A DNA stretch of 64,000 nt from Mytilus californianus. Lineage: Eukaryota. The notes under the pieces are model-generated. The model saw only the letters and a list, made by a program, of their open reading frames with translations. It had not been told where the DNA came from and searched no databases. The stretch spans positions 1,612,001-1,676,000 of the forward strand of contig NW_026262667.1 in assembly GCF_021869535.1 (NCBI RefSeq), read 5' to 3'. A program made the position numbers and the translations under genes. Shown one piece after another: positions 1 through 12,700 of the stretch; positions within the stretch are counted from its first letter, which is position 1; every line of letters begins with the position of its first letter.

Positions 1-1331
1 CATACTCAGTTGATAAATAATTTAATGAATAACAACATGATATTTTATGTAAGCATATAACAACAATAAAATGTCAGAAGAGCACAATGCTGACAAACAC
101 ACGCAATAAATATTACAATGAGCACATTGAAAAGAAGCACAGATCACAGCACAAGATTAGAGTTCATTTAGTCTAATTAAAGATTTTACATTCATGAGCT
201 TGCTAAATGCATTGTTCTGATAAACATGGCGGTTACGAACGGATTGCCATTTGCGGATAGCAGGAACAGGGTCAAAGTCTTTAACATCTACACCTACTAA
301 GCTTATCCTCATAAGTTGATCTAAAGCGTCAATACCTAGACTACACCTTAGTCGATCATAATTCCCACGGCGGGACTTAACTTTACGTCGGACATCACCT
401 CTTTCTCTATAACATCGGAAATTGTCTGAATAAATTCGGAGCAGGCATTGTTCTCTTGATATAATTTAGAAGTGATCACGGCACCATTTAACTTAGTTAA
501 ATCATTTATTGACTGAAATTTGTCCATTGGTTTTTCCTATATATTTTAGTAAATTTTCCCCTTGAGAGTACCCCAGTATTTAACACGATGCACAGTGTTA
601 AATAAAATAATATATATCATACTTATTCATTTATAAATATCCTTATTTGAAGAATAACTTTTAAATATCAGGATACTTTTAAAACTGAATGCTCATTTAA
701 AATAATATCTATAAAGCGTAATTAAATAGGATGTTGTTCCATACACGCTTACATGTTTGACCTCGTTTACCGGATTACCTTTATGTACATTGTTATGCAT
801 CATTAATTCTATTGATAAAGATAAGCTAAGGACACCTCATCAAAGGTAACAAACCTGTAATCAGTGAATGATTTATGGCTTCAATATAACTTATTGAAGG
901 GATAATTGTTTGACAGCTTGTTGTTATTTAAATAAAAGAAAACGTGTTTTTTCTACTTTTTATTGATGTACACAAGCTAAAGACCAAGCCGTACATTTAT
1001 GTACCCAGAGGATTAGACTAACTGAGACACTTCAAAGTATCTGAAATATGCTGCTTCTGTTTTATTAAACCCAATTATGACCGAAATATCTTTGTGAAAT
1101 AGATTGCCACAATTATAAACTAAAATGCCCAAACGGACATGCCCAAAGCCCCAAACGGACATTTTTATCGATCGATAGTTGGTAAAAATTGAAATGACCG
1201 TTTCATGAAAATGCCTTGAATAACAAAATGTGGCACACCAATTCTATTTGACCGTTTGAGGCTGAGAGCAGCCGGTCTTTTTATGAAAGTTTCGGTCAAG
1301 TCCGGAATATATGACCGTTTTGGAAGCCCTG
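1..1331 (-). mobile_element. Internally deleted hAT-superfamily DNA transposon (other end beyond window)
   Basis: Terminus CAGGGCTTCCAAAACGGTCATATA (minus strand, ending at 1331) is shared with the 6222-7282 MITE, which has an 8-bp TSD; a transposase remnant lies inside. Confidence 0.75.
157..535 (-). pseudogene. hAT transposase remnant (ZNF862/KRAB-A-type), N-part fused out of frame to C-terminal tail
   Basis: KPMDKF…NG…LY…CSEFIQTISDVIEKEVMSDVKLSPAVGIMID* is joined at ~348-354 to RLRCSLGIDALDQLMRISLVGVDVKDFDPVPAIRKW. Both segments match remembered hAT transposase motifs (pattern recall, not searched). Confidence 0.7.
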
Positions 1332-1416
1332 GTGTGAACACAGGTAAAAAGTGATTAGCGATCTTTTATTTCTGGAAAAGCATTGCAAACAAAAACTAGT
1401 GAAAAATGGCAATTTA

Positions 1417-2455
1417 AACTAGGGGCTCTCAAGAGCCTGTGTCGTTCACCTGTATCTACTGTGATTTTGGAAATCATGTAAAATAAGGTTAAAATCATAA
1501 TAAATAGTATTGGCGGAAGATACCCTAATAATGATTGAGGCCAAGTTTGGTTTAATTTGGCCCAGTAGTTAAATTAAAAGCAGGTCATCCCATTGTAGTC
1601 TTACAATAGTTACTGAAGACCCCTTATCATTATTTAAATTAGTTTTCAAGTTGTGACCATTTGAAATTGTTTGTTTTTACAATTTTCCCTTAGATTCTAT
1701 AGTAAACCCCTATGTTCTATTTTTAGCCATGGCGGCCATGTTGGTTGGATGACAGGATCATCGGATACATTTTTCAATCAAGATACCCTATTGAAAATTG
1801 TGGCTAAGTTTAATTCTATTTGGCCCAGTAGATTAAGTGGAGAAGATTTTTGTAAAAGATTACAAAAATTAACGAAAAATTGTGAAAACTTGACATTAAA
1901 AGGCAATAACTCCTGAAGGGGGCAATTGGCAATTTGATCATGTTGACTTATTTGTAGATCTTACTTTGCTGAACATTTTTGCTGTTTACAGTTTATCTCT
2001 ATCTATTATAATATTCAAGATAATAACCAAAAACTGCAAAATTTCCTTAAAATTACTAATTCAGGGGCAGCAACCCAACAACAGGTTGTCTGATGCATCT
2101 GAAAATTTCAGGGCAGATAGATCTTGACCTGATGAACATTTTTATCCATGTCAGATTTGCTCTAAATGCTTTAGTTTCAGAGATATAAGCCAAAAACTGC
2201 ATTTTACCCCCATGTTCGATTTTTAACCATGGCGACCATCTTGGTTGATAGCAGGGTCATCGGACACAATTTTTAAACTAGATACCCTAAGGATGATTTA
2301 GGCCAAGTTTGGTTTTACTTGGCCTAGTAGTTTCAGAGGAGAAGATTTTTGTAAAAGTTAACAGAAGACATCAACGATGACGGACGACGGACGCCAAGTG
2401 ATGAGAAAAGCTCACTTGACCCTTTTGGGTCAAAAAGGGTCAGGTGAGCTAAAAA
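1417..2455 (+). mobile_element. Pearl/HINE-like non-autonomous element, family A
   Basis: 5' hairpin GGCTCTCAAGAGCC, core repeats, (GAC/GACG)n tract and 3' hairpin …GGTGAGCTAAAAA; the same ends recur at 16897, 18230 and 51279. Confidence 0.75.
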
Positions 2456-3465
2456 CTTGATCTCAATGAAATGACAGAAATCATTTCTTTATAATAGTTT
2501 TTTCATGACCTAAATCCAAGATATTATTTGAGTCATTAGCCTTTCGGATTAGGCCCTGACTGGCAAATATGACCATTTCCTGATCCTTTACTGAAAATCA
2601 AAATCACAATTTTAATTAATTTATACCAGAAAGTTTGAGCACTTATCTTTAATGTTTATTAACATTGTTTCAATCTTAATCCTGTGTTGTATAAGCAAAG
2701 TTTCACAATTTTTTTCTTTTCTTTTAAATTTTGGTTCATTTGTATGTTTTGGAGTTTAGTGTGGAGTTCATTTCGCTGAACTAACATACAGTATTGATAA
2801 GGGGTCAGCTGAAACCCACGTCTGGATGCGGGATTTTCTGGCTGCGTTGAAGACCCATTGTTGGCCTTGGGCATTCCATTCTCTATTCTAATTAAAATTT
2901 TAAATTCAAAATCCCCATAAATTGTACCCCTCTGGTATATGTAAAAACATTTTGCCAAAATGTAAAGGTCTGTGAGAGGAATTAGGCAAACAAACTCATG
3001 TGCTGAACATGTAAAATGTTTTTAAAAAAAATCACTAAAATTCAACAACCTGTAATTATGTGAAAAATATATAAGAAAATAAAAAACTGTTAATATATAT
3101 TTCTACAAGTATTTTGCAAAAAAAGAGGGTTCCAGTTTAAAAACTGTAAGAAGAGTTCAACTTGAAAAACCAGGCACCATATATGCAGACGAAGGGATGG
3201 ACAAAGGTTTAACAATATCCTCCCCCCCCCCCCGCACTTGCTGTTATACACTCATGAAAATACAATCCCTTTTATCAGCAACACTTATTTTTTCACATCT
3301 ATTTAAGAGAATGAAACAGACAGTTTCTAAATATACTTTGCATATGAATTCAACAACTAAAAATATATTATCTAACACACATCTGTAAAATGAAAATGCA
3401 GAAAGGGAATTGTATAGAATATACCATGATGTCACTCATAATTCTAAATTCTGAAAAATACATAC

Positions 3466-3740
3466 GACAAGCCTTGACACATATACGCTCCATAGAAGAA
3501 TATCTTGCTGAATGTCTGGTAACACTATAATCTCCCAATGTTGTCTTTGAGTAACTCCCACCATAGGCAAACAGGAAATAAGGACAATACGTGTCGTTGA
3601 ACATAACATCAAACGTGCTATCACCAGTGTTCCTCTTTCTTGTAAAACTGATGGTGGCCATACCATTTGTGTATCTACCCTGTACATCTTTGACATTTTG
3701 GGTTGAATCTACTGTAGGAGTAAACCTTACTGTGGCCCAT
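3466..3740 (-). CDS. Exon 11: remainder of DOMON-2 (WATVRFTPTVD…ISFTRKRNTGD…FLFAYGG…TRHSARY…CVKAC)
   Basis: ORF track 3368-3748; gaacag acceptor, C|gtatgt donor (phase 1, so the gene continues); His at 3514-3512. Confidence 0.9.
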
Positions 3741-6700
3741 CTGTTCATAAAAATACATTATTATACATGTCTGCTTACAGAATTTTTAGAGACATACATG
3801 CATAACTAAATTAATGCAACAACTCTAAGTACAATTAGGTCAATTAAATACCAATGAAAAAATTGTAGATCTCAATTTGCTTGTTTATTACTTTTTTACT
3901 TTATGGTTTTCCTCATTCCATTATTGCTTTTCAAGAAGCTATCCAAAAATGCAAAAATTAGTTTAAAGTCATCATTTAATAAGGACAATAACTCCAGTAA
4001 GACAATTTTGGTGTATATACTGCAGATCTTGACTTTTCAAGCATTTTTACCCCTTTAAGATTTACCATATCTACTGCACTTTTCAAGATGTTCGATAACT
4101 ATGTGCATTAGACTATGTTCTATATTAAACAGACTGGAATATAATTCACAAAATTAAATCAAAACACAATGAGGATCTTTTGTGTCAAGTTTGGTTTAAA
4201 TCTGGTCAGTAAATTCAGAGGTAAATATCTATGATACTTAGTTTTGGTCATTTGACTTATTTGTATATAGTGCATTGATGATAATGTTTGTTGTCTATAG
4301 TTTCTGTCGATCTATAACAGTTTTCAACTTACTGGCAAGGTACTATAAATTGGTCAAATACTAGGATTGATATTAAGGGACAATGATTTTAACAAGAAGT
4401 CAATTGATGGTTTCAGTCATAATTTACTTTTTTTGTAGATCTTGAATTGTAGATGATTTTGATTGTTTACAGTTTGAGTCTATAAATATATTACAGTTTT
4501 CAAAATTATAGGCAAAATCACTAAAATTTTGAAAATTCTTCAATCATGGGAAATAACCTCTACAAAAATTTAATTGTTGATTTCAGAAGTATTGTCATTT
4601 TGCACATCTTGTATATTGCAGTATATAGTTTCTATCTATCTATTATAATTTTCAAAATGATCATTAAAAACACTGATATTGTCCAAAAATCCTCATCAAA
4701 GGTCAATATCTCTTATAAAAGGTTCCAGACATATTGCCATTTTTGTACATCTTGTATTACTGTTCAATGTTGCTGTTTAAAGCGTCTGTGTATATATATT
4801 GTATTTCTCAAGGTATAAAACAACATCTATTTATAATAATTTAATTCATGAAACTAATCTGAAAACTAAAGAATAAATAGATCATTGATTTGAGTTCAAA
4901 AGGGATTACAGAACATGTTCATACCGGTCAGATACCACTGCTTGTCCATTGTCAATCCATCCCATATAAACATCAGTTGCAGGCTGAAAGAAATGGAAAC
5001 AAAATATGTTAAATACCAACTGAATTGTTCTTTTAAAGAGAAATAATCCGTGTCTACTGAAATATGTAAATATTATACTAAACCATACATTCAAAAATAG
5101 AAATTTCATTATTAGACTCTGGACAATTTAAAGTTGACGTATTGTATAGACACCTGTCTATTGTTGAAGCCTATATAATGACCTATAGATACCTGTTTTT
5201 TTGTGTGTCATTGGGTTGCTGTCTCAGTGACATATTCCTCATATCTTTTTTATTTGTAGATACTTCTTCATGTTCTTGATCTACCGTGCGTCCCACAATC
5301 TTTGAAAAGTGTTTTTTTCTATAAAAATACTGTCTGTCTTAAATAATGAATTCGAAATTAATTTTTTTGAATGACAAATTTTACAACAACAAAAACCCAC
5401 AAAAAATACCAACTAAATGCTCATGTCTTACCATAGTCTTGTCATCAGAGAATCCAATGGCCAGCCACTGTGATTCTGTAACCATAGCAGACAATGTAAA
5501 TTTGATTTCATCTTGAGAAGCATCATATTCCCACCGAGCATGGTAGTTACATTGATCACTGTTACAGTTCTTCCATCTCCCACCACAAGTCGGTTCAGGT
5601 TCAGGTTCTTGTGATGGCTCAGGTTCAGGTTCTCGTGATGGCTCAGGTTCAGGCCCAGGCCCAGCTGTTGGCCTTGGTTCCACTCCAGGAATATGTGGAA
5701 AATATTGACATCCAGATCTAAAACCTAAAATAGAAAAAGAACCAGACAAGGTTATTTTGACAGCTAATCTGTACTGAGTATTCTATACATGCTGTGTTTA
5801 CTTTATACATTGTTATAGAGTCCAGGGCTGCTTTCACAAAAAAATCTTACGCTAGTAAAATGTATTTAAAGTTTTGAAGACTATTCAACAAATTTAGTGT
5901 ACTTATAATCATTATTAGTCCTAAGATTGTTTTGAAAGGCAGGCTTGATCTCCAGATCACAATATTGGAAAATCAATTAATACAGATTTAAGATGTCCAT
6001 GCTACATTGATATGTATCATTTATATCAACTTCAACTTAATATATCAAATCTTAGGTTGGAGGATTAAAACTTATACAGTTCCTTAACAACAACTAGTTA
6101 CTGAGTTACACAAAAAATTGTGCTTTTAATGATTATATAATAAAATTATTGATCTGAATGGTAAAGCAAATTTTCTTTTTGTAATGGAAGCTCCATAAAG
6201 GGAGTAAAACTGGGTCTCTACCAAGGCTTCCAAAACGGTCATATATGCCGGACATTTGTATAATGTCCGGTAAAAGTCCGCCTGGGCAAAGCATGAAACG
6301 GTAATCTACTTTTTAGTTTTCAAGGCTTTAAGAGACGGTCATTTTAACATAATTCGCGATCTTTTTGACCGAACGTTTTGCCTTTAACAGCCACATATTT
6401 CCGGTCATCAAAGTGACATGTTCATTAAGTACTATCAAAACAACCCCTACTTTAATACCTTCTCATTTTAATCAAGGCTAATTAGTTGTCGAACAGCCGA
6501 AATTTACCTGTTCAGGTGACAGGTAAACTATTTTGAACCGGACATTGATCGGTCTATTCAAAGTTATTTTCTTACATTTCAGAGTTTTGCATCTAATTAA
6601 TTTAGTCAAAAAGATTTAAATTATCAGAAATACGTTTACAAATATGATTTGATGAAAAATTAAAAAGGTGAAAATGAAACATCGTCATAAACACGTTGTT

Positions 6701-9700
6701 TGTACTAGAGACATGTCTCTGTTTGAACTAGAACACGTGTGCCCATGTGCGCACGTGTGAAATTTAATTATGCATCCTAATTCTTCAAAAAATGCTTAAA
6801 TTGTCATTGATACCTTTATCTCACGTTTATTTCGATTATTTTCTTGAAGAAATAACGTAGAAGGAGCTACTTCCACTCATTCATGCTTTGCAAATGTACA
6901 CGGAATTTACGTATCCGTCTCTGGTCCATGTTTTACCATTGTCAAGATAACATCCGGTATAAGATTTAAAAACGTAAGTAAAGTTTTTGACAATGTTATT
7001 TTGCACAAATAAAGAGTCTAAGGCAAATATAAGTACGCTGATGTAATTTATTGTTGCACACTTCGAATGACGCACTGTCAATTTAACAGTTTACGTCAGA
7101 ACTTCGAATTTGAATCAAAGAAAGTTTAATATCGTTTTTTTTATGCCAATCAATGAATCATTGGGATGGCGAATTCGGCAACTGATTACCATAATTGCCT
7201 TTTGTTTATTTAGTCTTAAGGGATTAAAATCGGGATAATATATAAAATGTCCGGCTGGCTAAAAATAATTTTGGAAGCCCTGGTCTCTACAGTTTGTACA
7301 AACATTAAGTCATGTTTGACTTTGACTTTTAATTTTTTGTCAAAGCAGCTTCAAGCTCTCCCCTTTGTAAGACATAAGACAATATTTGATGGAGATTGGA
7401 TACAAGACAGAAACTATATTGTTCTTAGTTATGTTTGTCACCTGTACTGTAAAGTGGAAAATATGTGTAATAAGATACCAAGTATTTCAATATTTCAGAA
7501 CAACAGATAAAATTTAATCACCTATACATGGATGTAATTAGTCAAAATAATATATCATTCTTGATGACCCATTGAAGGATGTGTTTTTACTATGCAAATA
7601 ATCATTGTTTTTGCAATATTGTGAAAATCAAAAAAAAAATACCATCAAAACAACTCAAAAGATAAGGGGGGGGGGATAGGGTGATTTTTATGCCAAAGGG
7701 GGAAACTTTAAAATTGATCTCCCTTTCAGGTGACAGGTCCAAAGAGGGAGATTTCAAATTCTTAAAGGGAAAGGGCAGGCAGATCATCTTCGCTAGCCAA
7801 GGGTTACGATCTACTTCCCTCTTCTCCACCCTTGGCAGATTGAGATAGAATTTCAGAGACACAAGGTAATGATTTTCATTGGTTGCAGTTGAAACTCGCT
7901 GCATCCAATCAAAAAGCGACTATAACATGATCATGTGTAAATGTAGAAAGTGTATGTAAACAATTGCCACATGCTTATTGTGCAACAAGTCTTTATCTTA
8001 GATAAGTTCAAATGGAAAGAAAACATCAAATTACACTGTCAATATAGAGATGACGGTTTTATGGTCTTCACATGCAATATAGAGCAAGTAGAAGATTTCT
8101 TTAACATAGCGAACAAAATTTCCCCTATACTTAAGTTCACATATGAGGTAGTAGTTGGGAGACTTTTTTGAAAAGGGACCCATGCTTAAAAAGTTAACTT
8201 TAAGCAAAAAATCCCAAAACACTGTTAAATTTCTGAATTATAGGCAACAAACATAAGTTAGTAAAAAACAGTGTAAAGTTTTGAGATTTGTTACATATGT
8301 TGATTTAAGGAACCACATTTCATAATAATCGAATTATCCTGTGACTGATATGATTATATAATATTTGGTAAACTATGCTTGCCAATGAGAGAACTTTTCA
8401 ATAAACATGGCGTTGAATGTTGAGTCTTAGCAAAGCGAGCTAAATGACATCAAATTGACCAGTGTTGTACAAGATATAAATCAATGGCAATATTTTTATA
8501 CAAAAATAAAACGAAAAACAGACACGATAATAAGGAAACACAAGAGTGCACACGCTGAAATGTCTCGCCTTCTTTACTAATCACTGATATTATGTTGATA
8601 GTCCTAAATATAAAGCTTTATTACAACTGTCACATAAACTAAACATTAACCAAGAAAACTAAACATTGACCAATGAACCATGAAAATGAGGTCAAGGTCA
8701 GATGAACCATGCCAGGCAGACATGTACAGCTAACAATTCTTCCATACAACAAATATATTGACCTATTGCTTATAGTATAAGAAAAACAGACCAAAACACA
8801 AAAACTTAACACTGAGCAATGAACTGTGAAAATGAGGTCAAGGTCAAATAAAACCTGCGCGACTGACATATAGATCATAAAATATTTCCATACACCAAAT
8901 ATAGTTGACCTATTGCATATAGTATTAGAAAATAAATGTGGATAGTATCCACATGTGGACACAGATGATGCCCCCACTTGCATATCATATAGTTATAAAG
9001 GGACATAACTGAAGAACAGTAAAAGTGACGCTACCCAAATTTGAACTTGATCTGAGTTTTGTGGTAATAAGCATTGTGTGTAAGTCTCATAACATTTGGT
9101 TGAGCCTAACTTAAGTAGAGAACAGAAACTTAAAATTCAGCAATTTTTCTATTTGTAAACACGCATAACTCTAGAACGGTTGTGTATAAGTTTTATAACA
9201 TTTGGTTGAGACAAACTAAAGTTAGAGAACGGAAATGAAAAATTCAGCAATTTTTATGTTTATAAAGGGACACAACTTAATCTGTATTATGTAGTAATAA
9301 GCATTGTGTATAAGTTTCATATCATTTGGTTGAGGCACTAAAGTTAGAAAACGGAAACAAAAAATTTGTACTTGATCTTAGTTTTGTGGTAATGAATATT
9401 GTGTATAGGTTTCATAATGTTTGGTTGGGGCAAACTTAAGTTACAGAATGGAAACTAAAAATTTTGCAATCTTTTGAGTTATAAAGGGGCATAACTCAAT
9501 AATAGTTAAAGTGATACTACCCAAATTCAACTTGATCTGTGTTTTATTGGTGGAAGTCAAAATTAAACATTGCATTGTATAAAGCATTGACTGTAGTTGA
9601 TTCAATTATAATCATGGACAAAGGAAGATAACTCCAATTTTAATAAAAATTACTTGATATTTCCACTGAACCATGAAAATGAGGTCAAGGTCAAATGACA

Positions 9701-12700
9701 CCTGCCAGCTACACATGTACACCTTACAATCATTCCATACACCAAATATAGTAGACCTATTGCATATAGTATAAGAAAAACAGACCAAAACACAAAAACT
9801 TAACTATAACCACTGAACCATGAAAATGAGGTCAAGGTCAGATGACACCTGCCAGTTGGACATGTACACCTTACAGTCCTTCCATACACCTAATATACTT
9901 GACCTATTGCTTATAGTATCTGAGATATGGACTTGACCACCAAAACTTAACCTTGTTCACTGATCCATGAAATGAGGTTGAGGTCAAGTGACGGGCATGA
10001 GGACCTTGCAAGGTACGCACATACCAAATATAGTTATCCTACTACTTATAATAAGAGAGAATTTAACATTACAAAAAATGTTAACTTTTTTTTCAAGTAG
10101 TCACTGAACCATGAAAATGAGGTCAAGGACATTGGACATGTGACTGATGGAAACTTCGTAACATAAGGCATCCATATACAAAGCATGAAGCATCCAGGTC
10201 TTCCACCTTCTAAAATATAAAGCTTTTAAGAAGTTGGCTAACGCCGCCGTCGCCGGATCACTATCCCTATGTCGAGCTTTCTGCGACAAAAGTCGCAGGC
10301 TCGACAAAAAAAACAGGCTCCGGATTTGGACAGGTATGTTAAGTATACATGTATAAGCAGCAAGTTAAATGTATTAGCTGGATCCAAACCCATTTCTAAG
10401 GTGGAACGGGATTTTACGGCACAAAATAAAATGGTAAGCAAGTAGGTTTTGTCTTATTTGGTAGGAATAAAACTTTCACATTTTATGAAACAAAATATCG
10501 TACTTGCTCTGAAATATGTATTTTATAAAGAAAAATATATAAAATTACTGAGGGATTCTAGTTGAAATATTACCTCTTACAATAAACACCCTAGAAATGT
10601 CATCCATTGGTAGTAGTTTGACCTTTCACACTGGTAAAAATGAAAGCTAACACCATCCAGAAATGAACTATTGAAATAAAAAATTCCTTATCTCCCTACT
10701 TTATATTTAACACCACTCTCAACATGCCATAATTGTCCTGATTTACAATAAAAAGAAAATATTATCCTCCACACACATGGTAATGAAAATACTGAGATAT
10801 AATTTACAATTCAGTTGAAATAATAATTAGCATAAAAAAAGTTCTAAGGTTTACGTATTGACTTTTTTTTTTTAAAAAGCAACTTGTTAAAGAGTTATAC
10901 AAATAGTATCTGTCCTGTAGACAAGCTTTGAAAATGTTTTACAAAGACTGCATGCAAGACTGAAGCTGTTTGGAGCTACAATAGTGTTACAGATGGATGG
11001 AAACTCTTTGTACTTGATATTGAAGGGATAGTAACAAATGGAAACAAAAAATAATATCTAATAAGCTGCATTTGCATACAGTTATTTAGTTTCACAAATA
11101 TCATAGTTTTCAAAAATTGTTTTAAATGTACATCAGTGTTTTAAATCAGTTAGACAAGATTATACAATTGACATCTAATATTCAGTTATATATAATTTTT
11201 CATAAATAATTTGGGATCTTTTACATTTAGAATAAACATTTACAATTCTTTTTTAAAAACCTATGCATCCAAATAAGCTTAATAAAACCTACCAATTTGG
11301 TCATTTCAAATTCAATATTTATATAAAGAATTGATTGGTTAATTGTTGTTTGCTTAAAGTTCAAAGTAAAATATTACATGCATATTCAGGAAAATGAATA
11401 AAAAGGTATAAGTCAATGAGACAGCAACCCAAAAACACAAAAATACAAAACACTTTTAGAGGTCAACATATGGTCTTCAACAATATACATGTGTCTACAC
11501 AATGCATCTAATTCTAAATTGCCCTGAGTCTTTTAAAGCTCTGAAATAATTGAACAGAGATTACAAATGGATCTGCCATCAGTACTTAATGCCCAGAACG
11601 ACAAAAAACCCATGGATATAAGGATAACCACTGACGATGTTCCCAACTTGGAACAGTCACAGGATTAGGCAGCTGGATTGAACACTAGTCTTTTTTAAAA
11701 AGATCTCAATACCACCATCCCCCATTTTTGTTTCAATCAGTGGAACACAAAAAAGGTACCAAATAGAATGTACAATACAATCAGTACACAACAATATGTT
11801 TTTAAAATGCAACTTTACACAGACAAGTTCAGGTTCAAAAGGAGATTAAACAGTAAATCAGATTTCCCACACTATTTTCTTATTGTGAAAATATAAACTA
11901 TTTGAATGAATTTTAAATACTTCTTCTACGGTTGTTACTCTTTATAGGTATTACTGTACATAATAAACATCTTTAAACAAGATTGTTATTATTTAAAGTA
12001 TAATATTACTCATCTAAAAATTAAGCACTGTTGAAATTAAAATATGCTTTATCATATGTACATCTTTTCTTTAAATTCACAAAAGGCCTTTTCAACATTC
12101 CAATTGTTAACCATTAAATGCATTTTTAACATTGAAAATTAAAAAAAAAATCAATTTCTTCATCACTGATTTCTTATTCTTATACTTAGGGGGAAAAGCC
12201 TAGTTATCTATCCTGCGTAAGTCGATAAAAGTGGCGAAAATATCAGTTCTTTTCAAAGTCTAAAACTTATAATTGCTGAATATCAATCACCTACGATAAA
12301 ATTTATAGAATTTGGTGAAAATTTCAATCATAAGTAAATATAGGCAAATATGGGAAAATCTAGAATTTCAAAGCTATAGTCACAGACATGAAAAAATAAA
12401 TTGACATTTAAAACATTCAAATTTATTTGAGACTAGAATTTATGGAAAAAAAATCAAAACACTAAAAAGTATCCCCTTTGTCCTAAACCTGTCCAAAACA
12501 TTAACTGTAATATTTGACTACATGTTACTTTTCCATAAAGACTTCTGAACCCCTCTTATTGAAGAAATACTTTGCATAGACATGCAAAAAAGTGGGTTCA
12601 ATTGAATGTCTTGCCACATTTGCAATTGATGTATGAGGCTAATATTAAACTTACATCAAAGCCAAAACGTGTACTGAGTAACCATACATTCTATTCTTAA

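Noticed and set aside
7602-7904. 100-aa minus-strand ORF
   Set aside because: No domain motifs; spans homopolymer runs and probable repeat sequence.
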